Assembly: GCF_022045235.1 (NCBI RefSeq)
Contig: NW_027266308.1
Location: 70,060,001 to 70,124,000 of the forward strand
DNA length: 64,000 nucleotides
DNA from: Haliotis cracherodii
Lineage: Eukaryota
Reading direction: 5' to 3'
This document shows positions 12,010 to 25,200 of the stretch, piece by piece. Within the stretch, counting starts at the first letter, position 1; each line of letters opens with the position of its first letter. The position numbers and the translations under genes were made by a program. The notes under the pieces were generated by a model. That model saw only the letters and a list, made by a program, of their open reading frames with translations, ran no database searches and was not told where the DNA came from.

Positions 12010-12783
12010 GGCTGCGTTCACACAGTGCCGACTATGGCTCCCGTTTAAGATCAGACAGTACGACGACACGAGAAGTTAAAAAGTCGGATTACAATCCTCA
12101 GTTATCTGGAATGTCCTATCAGTGTGTGAACGCAGTTCGTAACAGAGTCCTATGGATCGGGAAAGGTCCAGAGAGGTCGGCCAAGCACTCCCGACAGTAT
12201 GGTGCGTCCCGTAACATTCGGGAAACCGATTTTGTCTAGTCGGATTACAATCGTGACTATGCCGTGACAGACTCTGCTGTATCGGATCAATGTAACAATG
12301 TACTGTGTTGTCTGGACGGTGTCCTGTGTTGTCTGGACGGTGTCCTGTGTTGTCTGGACGGTGTCCTGTGGATCGAGAGGTGTCGTGATGAACAGGCATG
12401 ATTTGGAGAAATTGTCCATTGCCGTTTCTTGTCGAACGGGTCCAGATTGCGTCCAGATCTTGCCGGTTCACTGTCCGGTCACTGTCTGAACGCTGTCAGA
12501 TCGGGTGAATCGGGACGCTGATGGGACAGATTCGGTGTTTTTTACCATGCGGAAGATGCAAATCGGATCAGATTCGGATTGAGAACGGGAGAATCGGGAC
12601 GAATTCGGCTGTAAACGGCTTAATCGGGACGCTTCTTGAACAATAACTGATTGTTGTCGTGATTAAATAAATTTGTGAATTTCCCGCCACAAATCACAGA
12701 ATCTTGATCACACTTTTGACAAATATAAATCGGGAATGGTCCTGTCAAGGACGGCAGCAAAAATCCTGAATTTGTGACAGCCC
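12010..12783. mobile_element. Second Harbinger-like non-autonomous element abutting the first
   Basis: Begins TTA|ggctgcgttcacac, has a partly matching end gtgacagccc|TTA and many cggga/tcgga submotifs; right boundary uncertain. Confidence 0.45.
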
Positions 12784-12872
12784 TTACAACAAGCATGGGT
12801 TGCTGGACACCAGATCTGACCCGACTCCCCACGTGGAGATGCTTGAAAGATCTCTGCAGATGCTGTGAGCCA

Positions 12873-13522
12873 CGATGGTATAGTGAGGTCCCGTGATGGT
12901 ATAGTGAGGACATGTGATGGTATACTGAGGACATGTGATAGTATAGTGAGGACATGTTAGGGTATAGTGAGGATCTGTGATGGTATAGTGAGGACATGTG
13001 ATGGTATAGTGAGGACATGTTAGGGTATAGTGAGGACATGTGATGGTAAAGAGAGGACATGTGAGGGTATAGTGAGGACCCGTGGTGGTATGATGAGGAC
13101 ATGTGATGGTATAGTGAGGATATTTAAGGGTATGGTGAGGACATGTGAGGGTTTTGTGAGGACATGTGATGGTATAGTGAGGACATGTGATGCTATAGTG
13201 AGGACATGTGAGGATATAGTGAGGACATGTGAGGATATAGTGAGGACCCGTGGTGGTATGATGAAGACATGTGATGGTATAGTGAGGACATGTGATGGTA
13301 TAGTGAGGACATGTGATGGTATAGTGAGGACATGTGAGGGTATAGTGAGGACATGTGATGGTATAGTGAGGACATGTGAGGGTATAGTGAGGACATGTGA
13401 TGGTATAGTGAGAACATGTGATGCTATAGTGAGGACATGTGAGGGTATAGTGAGGACATGTGATGGTATAGTGAGGACATGTGAGGGTATAGTGAGGACA
13501 TGTGATGGTATAGTGAGGACAT
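12873..13522. repeat. 21-bp minisatellite, ~30 copies
   Basis: Unit gatggtatagtgaggacatgt. Confidence 0.95.
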
Positions 13523-13864
13523 ACGTGGGTACTGATCGTTAAATGGTGTACGTAAAGGATTTATATACTATTTGCTGATGATTTACAATTAGGAGTCCTC
13601 AAGAAATTGGCATTTGAATAAGGTTCTGATTGACATCTATGAAGAAAGCTTTGGTTCCCCTGACATTAGGTGACGTGTGCTTATGTACCGTTCCGCGCAT
13701 CGTATCGCAACACAGTGTGTAACAACTAGGAATGTGTATAACGCCGCGGCCATATTGGGACATCTGGACGAGTTCCGTTACCGTCAGGAATTAGCTAGAA
13801 GGATACCACTCACCAGGGCAGAGTGTGTTACTGTGACCCTCCAACAGTCAGTGAGTGAGTGTGT

Positions 13865-14025
13865 ATTTGTTTGTTTTTTGTTTAACGCCGCACTCAGCTA
13901 TATTCCAGCTATATGACGGCGGTCTGTAAATAATCGAGTCTGAACCAGACAATCCAGTGATTGACATCATGAGCATCAATCCTCGCAATTGGGATACAAT
14001 GACATGAATCAACCAAGTCAGCGAG
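13865..14025 (-). mobile_element. SINE-like family A copy
   Basis: Reverse complement of the 3' part of 29450-29700. Confidence 0.75.
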
Positions 14026-14298
14026 TGAGTGAGTGAGTGAGTGAGTGAGTCAATGTCACTCTGTCAGTCAGTTAGCTTAAATGCCACTTTGGACAGTATT
14101 CCAGTTATATCGCGGCATGTCAGCTTATTTGGGAGGAAAGCCCGAAGTGATGCAGGTCTCATACGTTTACCACTTTGGTGAAACCCACGAGCACGGGTAT
14201 GGTGCTGACAAATCTAGAAACATTATCGGGGCGAACCGGGATTCGAACCCACGATGATAGGCACAGCGAATTGCGGCGCCTTCGACGACTGGGCCACC
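14025..14298 (-). mobile_element. tRNA-derived SINE with (ACTC)n tail
   Basis: Minus strand head ggtggcccagtcg...gggttcgaatcccgg has Pol III A-box and B-box; (gagt)n at 14023-14050. Confidence 0.65.
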
Positions 14299-14439
14299 TT
14301 TGCCTCTTGCAGCCCAAACATGTCGTGCTGACGTGCGTAATTCAGAAAACAGACAAGCATGTCTGCATAATGCCGCTCGAATCATCGTCTCTGTGCAAAT
14401 CAAATCATGAAACTGTATCTCCACTTGTATCAAAGATAT

Positions 14440-15510
14440 ACATGTTTAGTTATAACGTGTTCATTTCATTGCCGACATACGTGTTTAGTTATAACGTGTT
14501 CATTTCATTGCCGACATACGTGTTTAGTTATAACGTGTTCATTTCATTGCCGACATACGTGTTTAGTCAAAGGGTGTTCATTACATTGCCGACATACGTG
14601 TTTAGTTATACCGTGTTCATTACATTGCCGACATACGTGTTTAGTTATAACGTGTTCATTACATTGCCGACATACGTGTTTAGTTATAACGTGTTCATTT
14701 CATTGCCGACATACGTGTTTAGTCAAAGGGTGTTCATTACATTGCCGACATACGTGTTTAGTTATAACGTGTTCATTTCATTGCCGACATACGTGTTTAG
14801 TTATAACGTGTTCATTTCATTGCCGACATACGTGTTTAGTCAAAGGGTGTTCATTACATTGCCGACATACGTGTTTAGTTATAAAGTGTTCATTACATTG
14901 CCGACATACGTGTTTAGTTATAAAGTGTTCATTACATTGCCGACATACGTGTTTAGTTATAAAGTGTTCATTACATTGCCGACATACGTGTTTAGTTATA
15001 ACGTGTTCATTTCATTGCCGACATACGTGTTTAGTCAAAGGGTGTTCATTACATTGCCGACATACGTGTTTAGTTATAACGTGGTCATTACATTGCTGAC
15101 ATACATGTTTAGTTATAACGTGTTGATTACATTGCCGACATACGTGTTTAGTTATAAAGTGTTGATTACATTGCCGACATACGTGTTTAGTCAAAGGGTG
15201 TTCATTACATTGCCGACATACGTGTTTAGTTATATCGTGTTCATTACATTGCCGACATACGTGTTTAGTTATAAAGTGTTCATTACATTGCCGACATACG
15301 TGTTTAGTCAAAAGGTGTTCGTTGCATCGCAGACATAGTGTTTATTCATTAAGGTGTTCGTTACATCGCAGACATGCATACGTGTCAAAAGGTGTTCGTT
15401 GCCTCGCAGATATACATGTTTAGTCTAGGTGTTCATTGCCTCTCAGATATACGTGTTTAGTTACAAGTTGTTCAATGGCATTGCATCGCAGACATACGTG
15501 TTTAGTCATA
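14440..15510. repeat. 39-bp minisatellite, ~23 regular copies plus a degenerate tail
   Basis: Unit gtttagttataacgtgttcatt(t/a)cattgccgacatacgt. Confidence 0.95.
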
Positions 15511-15865
15511 ATGAAAGGGTGTTCATTGGTGTTCACCCGATCCAGGAAATATGACCTACTACTTCTACATCTTTGTTAGCAACTGTGAAGTGCTAGTAGC
15601 AGTTACAATGAAAGGCGGCTGGGGTATAGGCCCCCAGCAACCTATATGTTTTATTGTAAGAGTGTGGGTGTGGGTGTGGGTTCGAATCATGGATGGGTAC
15701 TGGAATCTGTACTTTCGTAAGAAAGTGTTATCTCAAATTATAACATTTGTTACGCCGTGATATAGCTGGAATATTGCTGAGTGGGGCTGTAAACAACAAA
15801 TAAACAAACCCAACTCAACACGCCTTGATTTCTGCCATTTCTCATTCCAACTTTTTCTATGAACC

Positions 15866-15877
15866 CAAGATGGCAGC
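15866..15877 (+). promoter_or_regulatory. YY1-like motif ~130 bp upstream of the GFM2 start codon
   Basis: caagatggcagc resembles the AAnATGGC YY1 motif common near housekeeping transcription starts. Confidence 0.4.
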
Positions 15878-16001
15878 CCCCATGAAAGCGGCATGATATG
15901 CAGGTTCAACATGATCGTACACAGTCACCATCCGTTAACATAGCGACTTTCAGAATATTTTATGAAGAACATGATATGTAGCTGCTTGTTAATTTTTAAA
16001 C

Positions 16002-16233
16002 ATGTTGCACAACATCAGGATGATGGTGTTTTCTTCCTCGGGTTTGGCTGCAAAGGGGGCCCTGTTTGGGTTGCGGGGTCCTGTCCCTCGGTCCTTCGTG
16101 CGGTGCTACCAAGCCGCTGACCACGATGACATGTCCAAGATCAGGAACATCGGAATCATGGCTCACATTGACGCGGGCAAAACAACTACCACAGAGAGGA
16201 TGCTGTTCTATTCCGGATATTCGTCACACATAG
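16002..16233 (+). CDS. GFM2: GFM2 exon 1 (presequence and G1 motif)
   Basis: [10 protein letters not shown]; donor tag|gtaaag. Confidence 0.92.
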
Positions 16234-19200
16234 GTAAAGTTGCATGTTGACATATTATTCATCCATCAGTCTTGAAAGCGTGTTAGTATATTGACTGTTT
16301 CATTGATGTGTCATTCAAAATGAATGTCAGAGTGTCACGCTTGTCATAACAAATCACTTCGTTAACAGAGTAGTTGTCTGTTAGCTGATATTTGATGAGC
16401 CTCAATTAAGTTTTAATCATGTCATTTGTTTCGTCTTTTCTTGTGGGACTGTTTAGGAAATGTGGACAGTGGAGACACCGTCATGGACTACATGGATCAA
16501 GAACGCGACCGCGGCATCACCATCACCTCTGCTGCCATCACGTTCCCCTGGCAACATCACCGCATCAACCTCATCGACACACCAGGTGGGTACCGGGCAG
16601 GATAGAACCAGTCTGACAGGTCAAGCATTTTTAAAGGGGCACTTATCTTGGGCTTCTTCGTGGCTGTCTAACACTGCCCGCTAGGGCTCACTAGCTGACG
16701 TGAGTTGATTTGCTCGCTAACGCAACTGAGCGTGACGAGACTCGCTTACTGTTGTTAAGGATGGCGTAAATAAACATTGAGACACTATCTATCCTCATTT
16801 CTGAAACTTTTTAGTTAGCCCTGATCTGTGAAGATTGCGATATTACAAAGGGCCCATGTTAATTAATATCTTCAACCTAAAAACAGACGAAAAAAACAGT
16901 GGAGGCCCATCAGGTGTGGTTATTTGGAAAGATTGCATGGATAATACGATTACTACTTCCATGTTGTCATCCATGTTTCCAGGTATAACCCTACACTTGT
17001 TGTCTTTCACTCAAAGCTCACTTAATGAATTTATGGGTCAAGGATGCAGCCTGTTGTTGTCTGGGGCAACAACGTTTCTATGTCAACATAAACGTGGTCA
17101 CTGGGTGGGGGAGTCGCATTTCAGTCGATTTACAGGTGATGTCAGTGATGGTGTTTCAGGCCATGTGGACTTCACAGTGGAGGTGGAGAGGTCCCTGAGG
17201 GTGCTGGATGGAGCAGTTGCCATCTTGGATGCTTCAGCTGGTGAGTGTGCTGTTGTTGGAAGTATAGCATGTGTGTTTGCATATGCATGCATGTGTGTGT
17301 CTGTGTGCATGCATGTGTGTCTGTGTGCATGTGTGTGAATGTGTGTGTCTGTGTGCATGCATGTGTGTCTGTGTGCATGCATGAGTGTGTCTACGTGTGT
17401 GTGTGCATGTGTGTCTGGGTGCATGTGTGTGTGCATGCATGTGTGTTTGTGTGCATGCATGTGTGTTTGTGTGCATGCATGAGTGTGTCTACGTGTGTGT
17501 CTGGGTGCATGTGTGTGTGCATGCATGTGTGTTTGTGTGCATGCATGTGTGTCTGTGTGCATGCATGAGTGTGTCTACGTGTGTGTGTGCATTTGTGTCT
17601 GGGTGCATGTGTGTGTGCATGCATGTGTGTTTGTGTGCTTGCATGTGTCTCTGTGCATGCATGTGTGTCTGTACGTGTGCATGCTTGTGTCTCTGTGCAT
17701 GCATGAGTGTGTCTGTACGTGTGCATGCTTGTGTCTGTGTGCATGCATGAGTGTGTCTGTACGTGTGCATGCTTGTGTCTGTGTGCATGCATGTGTGTCT
17801 GTGGGTGCATGTGTGTGTGCATGCATGTGTATTTGTGTGCATGCATGTGTGTCTGTACGTGTGCATGCTTGTGTCTGTGTGCATGCATGTGTCTGTACGT
17901 GTGTGTGGGTGCATGTGTGTCTGTGCATGCGTGAGTGTGTCTGTACATGTGCATGCTTGTGTCTGTGTGCATGCATATGTCTGCACGTGTGTGTGTGCAA
18001 GTGTGTTTCTGTGGGTGCATGTGTGTGTGCATGCATGTGTGTTTGTGTTCATGCATGTGTTTTTCTGTGTGTGTGCACATGTGTTTGTTCGTTTGCATGC
18101 ATGTGTGTGTCTGTTTGTCTGCTTGCATGTGTGTCTGTGTGCATGCATGTGTGTGTCTGTGTGTCTACATGTGCATGCATGTGTTTGTCTGCGTGTGTGT
18201 GTGCATACATGTGTGTGTCTGCGCATGAAGATACATGTGTGTGTGTGTCTGTGAAGTCACATGAGATGGAGCAGTTGCCATCTTGGATGCTTCAGCTGGT
18301 GAGTGTGCTGTTGTTGGAAGTATAGCATGTGTGTTTGCATGTGCATGCATGTGTGTGTCTGTGTGTCTGTGCATATGTGTGTCTGCGCATGCATGTGTGT
18401 GTCTATGTGTGTTTGTGCACATGTGTTTGCTTGTGTGCATGCATGTGTTTGTCTGCGTGTGTGGGTGTGCATGCATGTGTGTGTCTGTGTGTCTACATGT
18501 GCATGCATGTGTTTGTCTGCGTGTGTGGGTGTGCATGCATGTGTGTCTGTGCATGAACATAATTGTGTCTGTGTGTGAACATGTATATGTGTGTACAAAC
18601 AAGAGAAAAAAGTGAAGTCACATGAGTCAGTTCCCAGTTGATGTTTCTGCATGAAGCCACCATGTTGTCTCATATTGACAGGAGTGGAGGCCCAGACCCT
18701 GACCTTGTGGAGACAAGCGGACCGCTACCGCCTCCCGAGGATGGTGTACCTGAACAAGATGGACAAGCGTGGAGCCGACCTACATCTGTGTCTCAACTCA
18801 CTCACTCACAAACTGAAGGTGCAGCCCATGGTGCTGCAGTTGCCACTTGGGGCGGAGCGAGGCTTCCATGGGGTCATTGACCTGGTCAGTATGGAGAGGC
18901 AGGTTTGGGACACAAGCACATGTCCTGATGGTGCTGTGTATGAACAAAGCCCGCTCCCTGAGTCCGATCCCTTGTACGAAACTGCTCTGAATGAGAGAAA
19001 CAATTTGATTGGTCAGCTTTCTGATTTTGATGACAGGCTGGCAGAACTTGTTCTGTCTGATGACATAAGGAACATTCCCCAGTCTGTGCTGCACAATGCC
19101 ATCAAACTTTGCACGGTGAAGCAGCATTTGGTTCCGGTGCTGTGTGGAGCCTCCTTCAAGAACAAGGGAGTGCAGCCTCTCCTGGATGCCATCATCCGCT

Positions 19201-22200
19201 ACCTGCCCAGTCCCAATGAGGTCAGCTATGGGTTTGCTGAGCACTATGGAAGTGACCTCTGTGCTCTGGCTTTTAAGGTCATTCATGAGAAACAGCGAGG
19301 TCCCCTGACGTTTCTGCGAATGTATTCAGGGATGATGAAGAGTGGGGAGTCTGTGTACAACATCAACCGTGGTGTGACGGAGAAGACGAGCCGACTGCTG
19401 CAAGTGTATGCCAACGACTTCCATGACATGTCCACAGCATCGGCTGGCAACATCGTCCTGGTGGCAGGACTCAAGCAGGTGCCCCTCTTTACTTGACTTG
19501 TCTGTTGTCGGTGACCCCACTATGAAGGTGACACTGGTACATGTATGTGTTGTTCTGATGATGAATGAGCAGATCAGTAGGTCCACATTTAACTGTAGTT
19601 TTGTAGTGATAGATGACCGAGGAACAAGTGGTCACCTGGAAGACTTCATGTAATTATTGTAAAGCTTTGTGAGCATGTTCAGGGACAGGGAATATTAAAT
19701 CAAGTTGTGCGTTTCGTTCCCCACAGACGTACACCGGAGACACCATCACCAACACGCAGAAGACGGCCAACGCTGCAGCACGGACATACAGGGCACACAG
19801 ACACAAGGCGGGGCTGACTGATGCATCCAACAGCAATAGTGAAGGGGACGACCACCTGGATGGGGACAGTGGGCTCCCTGTGCTGGCAGGGCTGGATATT
19901 CCTGATCCTGTCTTCTTCTGCTCCATCGAACCCCCGACAATGGCAGCTCAGAGACAGCTGGACATGGCCTTGGATTGCCTTCAGAAAGAGGACCCAAGTT
20001 TGAAGGTATAGGGTTACCATGGTGACAGAGGGGGTAAGGGAGGACCTACCTGTGTGTTGTATACATGCCCTGTGTTGAATACATGCCCTGTGTGTTGTAT
20101 ACATGACCTGTGTGTTGAATACATGCCCTGTGTGTTCTATACATGACCTGAGTGTTGAATACATGCCCTGTGTTCTATACATGACCTGTGTGTTGTATAC
20201 ATGACCTCTGTGTTGTATACATGACCTCTGTGTTGAATACATGCCCTGTGTGTTCTATACATGACCTCTCTGTTGTATACATGACCTGTGTATAATACAT
20301 GCCCTGTGTGTTCTATACATGACCTCTCTGTTGTATACATGACCTCTGTGTTGTAGACATGGCGTGTGAGTACTATACATTACCTCTGTGTTGTATACAT
20401 GACCTCTGTGTTGTATACATGACCTGTTGAATACACGACCTGTTGTATACATGACCTCTGTGTTCTCTACATGACCTGTGTGTTGTATACATGGCCAGTG
20501 TTGTATACATGGCCTATGTTGTATGCATTGCCTGTGTTTTCTTTACATGACCTGTGTTCTATACACGACCTGTGTTCTATACATGACCTGTGTTGTATAC
20601 ATGACCTGTGTTGTATACATGACCTGTGTTGTATACACGACCTGTGTTCTATACACGACCTGTGTTCTATACATGACCTGTTCTATATATGACCCGTGTT
20701 CTATACACGACCTGTGTTCTATACATGACCTGTGTTCTATAAAACGACCTGTGTTGTATACATGACCTGTGTTCAATATATGACCTGTTCTATATACGAC
20801 CTGTGTTCTATACATGACCTGTTCTATATACGACCTGTGTTCTATACACGACCTGTGTTGTATACATGACCTGTTCTATATATGACCTGTGTTCTATACA
20901 CGACCTGTGTTCTATACATGACCTGTGTTCTATATACGACCTGTGTTCTATACATGACCTGTTCTTTATATGACCTGTGTTTTATACATGACCTGTGTGT
21001 TGCAGGTTGAGTTGAATCAGGAAACAGGGCAGACTATTCTGTTGGGGATGGGGGAACTTCATCTTGACGTCATCCGGTCCCGCATCCTCAAGGAGTACCG
21101 CATCGAGGCCGAGATTGGACCCCTCCAGGTCGCGTACAGGTCGGTGTCATCCATCTAGAGTTCCTGGTGTGAATGTAGCTTGTGTGCCATGTGATATGGT
21201 CATGCCTGATAAACTGCAGTATGAATATATGCTTTACATTTTCAGTGTTCAAAACTATTAAAGTATGAAAGTCAATGGTTCTTGTAATAACCTTAAAATG
21301 TGTATAATAAAGATATTAGTTTGTGTTCCTCAGAGAGACATTATCAGTGGAGGCTGAGGTTGAGGACACCCTTGACAGAACTGTGGGGGAGCGGCGCCAC
21401 CAGGTGTTCATGAAACTGTCCGTGCACCCAGACATCGACACCCAGGACTTTAAACACGTGGAGCTGGTGTTGTTCAGGGACCATCACTTTCAGCCAAAGC
21501 GCCCCCAGTTGAAGGCCGTGGAGAGTGGCATCAGATCCTCACTGCAGAACGGTAGGGTGTATGTTGGGTCTTTGCTCTCTGAATTAGCCGCTCTACAAGT
21601 TGATGTGGGCCACCACAAATATTTGTATAGATGACCTTTTGATAATGTTTAGGTTCATGATGGTAAGAGCTCTAGTATCTAGCACTGGTATCTAGCCTTA
21701 ACATATTGTACTTACACATAATGTTGCCTATTGATGTGAATTTAAGAAGTTATCAATTATTGTTTGGGAATAGTCTAGAATATAAGTTTTGTCAAGAGAT
21801 TTAGATGTAGAACAAGTTGATATAATATCTGATTGGTGCTGCTCCGTGGTCTAGTAGAGCGTCTGCCCCTGAGTGTGGAAAGTCGGTGGTGTGATCCCAG
21901 TCTGCATTATTAAGATGTTAAAAATGGTACTTGTTGTAACCCTGCCTGGCCCTCAGCATTAAGTGGATAAAACAAGGTCTTGTCGGCTAGGAGTCAGTAT
22001 ATAGTCCAGTCAAAATATGACAAAAAGGGGGTCAACCCAAAACAGAAACCATTTTACCTGCATATAACCTGCAATTGCTCACTTAACAACATATCAAAAG
22101 TTTACCAAAATCAGAGTAGTGGAACAGTGCCTAATTTGCATATGTTCAAAATGGCCGCTATTCAAACTAATTTTGCTGGGTTTTTGCTATATCTCGGGAC

Positions 22201-25200
22201 CTAGGATAGGTAGAGATTTAATTCTGGTGTCTACACCCATATTTGGGGGGTTAAGGAATTTGATCATAACAGTGTTTACATTATTGACTCATTTCTTAGT
22301 GCCTAATTTGCATAAATTCAAAATGGCGGACATTTTGAAACCATTTTTTGACGATATATCTCGGGATCTGAGTCTGGTAGAGACCTAATTCTGGTGTCTG
22401 TACCAATGTTATTTGGTCAAGGAATGTAATTATAACAGTATTTACATTATTGAATCGTTTCTTCATGCCAAAGTTGTATAAATTCAAAATGGCGTCCATA
22501 GTCGCTTTGAGATCAATGGTCTGATGGTCTGCAGTCAATATGACATGGAAAGTTACAAGATCATCTTGCTGAGGATGCATGTGGAAATGTTGATCTCATG
22601 TGGAGCATAGCTTTGCCTCTCCAATCACCTCACCCTCTCTGGTCAGTGGTGATGCAGTTGGTGCATAAGGGTGAGTTTCCAGGGAAATCATCCATACAAT
22701 TTCTGCCGATGATTGACATGGAACCAACTGTCATGACCTGTTTGTACTCTTTGTTACTTCACATGCCAGGCAGTACAATGTCGCACCAATTCTAACATTT
22801 GAAAGCTCTGATAATTCAAGAAAGTGTCTCCAAGAACCGCGAGATAAAGGACATTGTACTTAGAATGGGTGGCTTTCACACAGAAATGAGCTTTGTGAGT
22901 GCAGTAGGACGTCTTATGGTAGACTCAGGTCTGAAAGAATTGCTAGAGGGCATATATGCAAGCAACACAGTCGTGCACATATTAAGTGGTAAAGCGATTT
23001 CTAGGACTGTACATGCACACTTACTTGTAGTTGGAGCCCTGCTTGCTATGCTAGTATCTTATGCATTAAGCATTCCATCTCAGTGTGTGTTACAACAGCC
23101 CAGAAAGGTTCTGAAAGCACAGATACATCTGCAGCAGAAGCACCGGGTGAAAGTCTCCTGGAATCTGTGCTAGTTACCACTAAGGCATCCAATGTGTCAA
23201 TGCCAGATGGTATTGTTCATCAGGACAGTGATCAAGGAGATGGCACAGCAGATCAAGAATCAGAAGGTAGTAGTGAGGCGCAGAACGTGCTGCAAATGCC
23301 GGTAGATGATTCTACAGGGTTTGATGATCCAGAAGGAACTACCTCAGATTCTTCATGTGAAAATGCAACTTATGCACCAATGCCATATATAGAGAATACT
23401 ACACTAATTCTCGTTAGATACCATTTTTACGACACGAGTGGACTTTCTATGGTATCTGACCGAGCGAAAGCGAGGTCAGATACCATAGAAAGTTCACGAG
23501 TTTCGTAAAAATGGTATCTAACGAGAATGAGTGTGGTATTTTATTTATTACCCACGTTAAATATATATTTAAGTGTAAATACATAACAACTTTCGTTCGT
23601 TGACAGACCAAACTGAAACCGGTTGCAAAATCTGGTTGCGGTTGAATATTGATATATGACCAAATATGGGCATTGTTGACATGTTTATGGATACGCATTA
23701 ACAACATGCGCCTGCTGTTCTGTTTGCAAACAAACCAGCACCGACGCGCAAGATCCTTTTGGAAGAAAGTCTTCAACTTATGGTAATTCAAGCGCCATGT
23801 TGTTAGTACGCAGGACACCAATAAGAAAATTTGAAATGTCACATTAGCGCCGCGCTTTGAATGTCGGACCAACAGTCACACGCATCACACTGCTGGGGTC
23901 CCGTCTGTGCAATCAAAATGGTTCGGTTTCCTTGATCTATCAGCTGAATTTATATCATGTCCGTACCATTTTGGAGGAGGGAAATCAGACTGTTCGCCAA
24001 AGACATTCATGTTAACTGTACCACTCTATACTGAAGACGTGAAAATCAACAAACTCAAATCTGCTTGCATGTCAGTGACAACTTCGAACGATCGAAGGGC
24101 AAGGTCGGAATAAGAAAAGACAACCGCGATCCACTCACAGCGTTTTACGCTAGAGACAGGGAATGTTACTGTTCACATTTGGGATGTTTGGGGCCACAAA
24201 ATCAGAAGTCAAGCACACTTCCACGGAGTTTTCGAATGATTTGTATCGGAACTGTGAACTTCAAGTGATCTGGTCGTTCTGTCGTGTTCGTAAATTCATG
24301 AACAACACCTCCCGAAACAGCGCCATAAAATACGCTTCAAAGGGGACACCGATGGCACAACCGGATCATCCCAAGTAAGTTAAGATATCTGTCCAGATAG
24401 TTTAAACAGACTTCATTTCACCACGCTTATCCGTTTACGTTAAATCAAATTGAAAGTTGCGAAAATGGTCGGGTGCGTCATGCTCAAGGGACGCGCTCGA
24501 TCGGCAGTCGTACATTGTAAATCGATTTATAGATCTAGCTCGATTATATGTCTGTAGGAGCTCAATGCATAACGTATATAGAATGCAAACCGAATTTGAT
24601 GCGTGTGACTATCTTGTTTGGTTTAATAAAGTGTTTGTAAATATCTCTCGTTCTCATGAATTTCTTCAGTTCTGCCTTGTAATCGCAAAATGAATGACGT
24701 CTCGCGATTTTTTATGAATGAAAAAAGTAGTCCCGGTGTGACAGAGGTCACGGTTATCCAATCAAAAAGAATAAAACAAGGTCAACCTTGTACGACACAC
24801 GTGTGACGTACGGATTTAGTATCTTACCACCTGTATCTTCACCACGTGGGTAATAAATCCCGATAACTGCTGGTAAACTCTATGATGACCTGATGGCTGG
24901 GTCTATTACCATCGAGAGTTTACAGGATTTTCAGGTGCAGCAAGACTTTAATCAACAACTGAAAGCAGCACTACTATTATGTGGCTGCAGTATACAGACA
25001 TGGTAGGCATCCTACAACAGTACATCAAAGCTGAATGGACTGGTAATTGGAACCTACATCTGAAGTCAATGAAAGATATGTTACCATATCTGGCAGCGGC
25101 TCCCTACCCAAACTACACTTAATCTGTTCCTATCTACCTGAGCAAGATGGAAAACCTTTAGAAACAGCATAAAGAAGTTTACCAGCACTTGCAAAATGGT

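Noticed and set aside
14228-14298. Possible tRNA genes (also 60080-60152 and 63190-63258)
   Set aside because: A and B boxes are present, but the stems are degenerate and run into SINE bodies with (ACTC)n tails.
14175-15338. 387-aa hydrophobic repeat ORF
   Set aside because: It reads from a SINE into a 39-bp minisatellite; no evidence of a gene.
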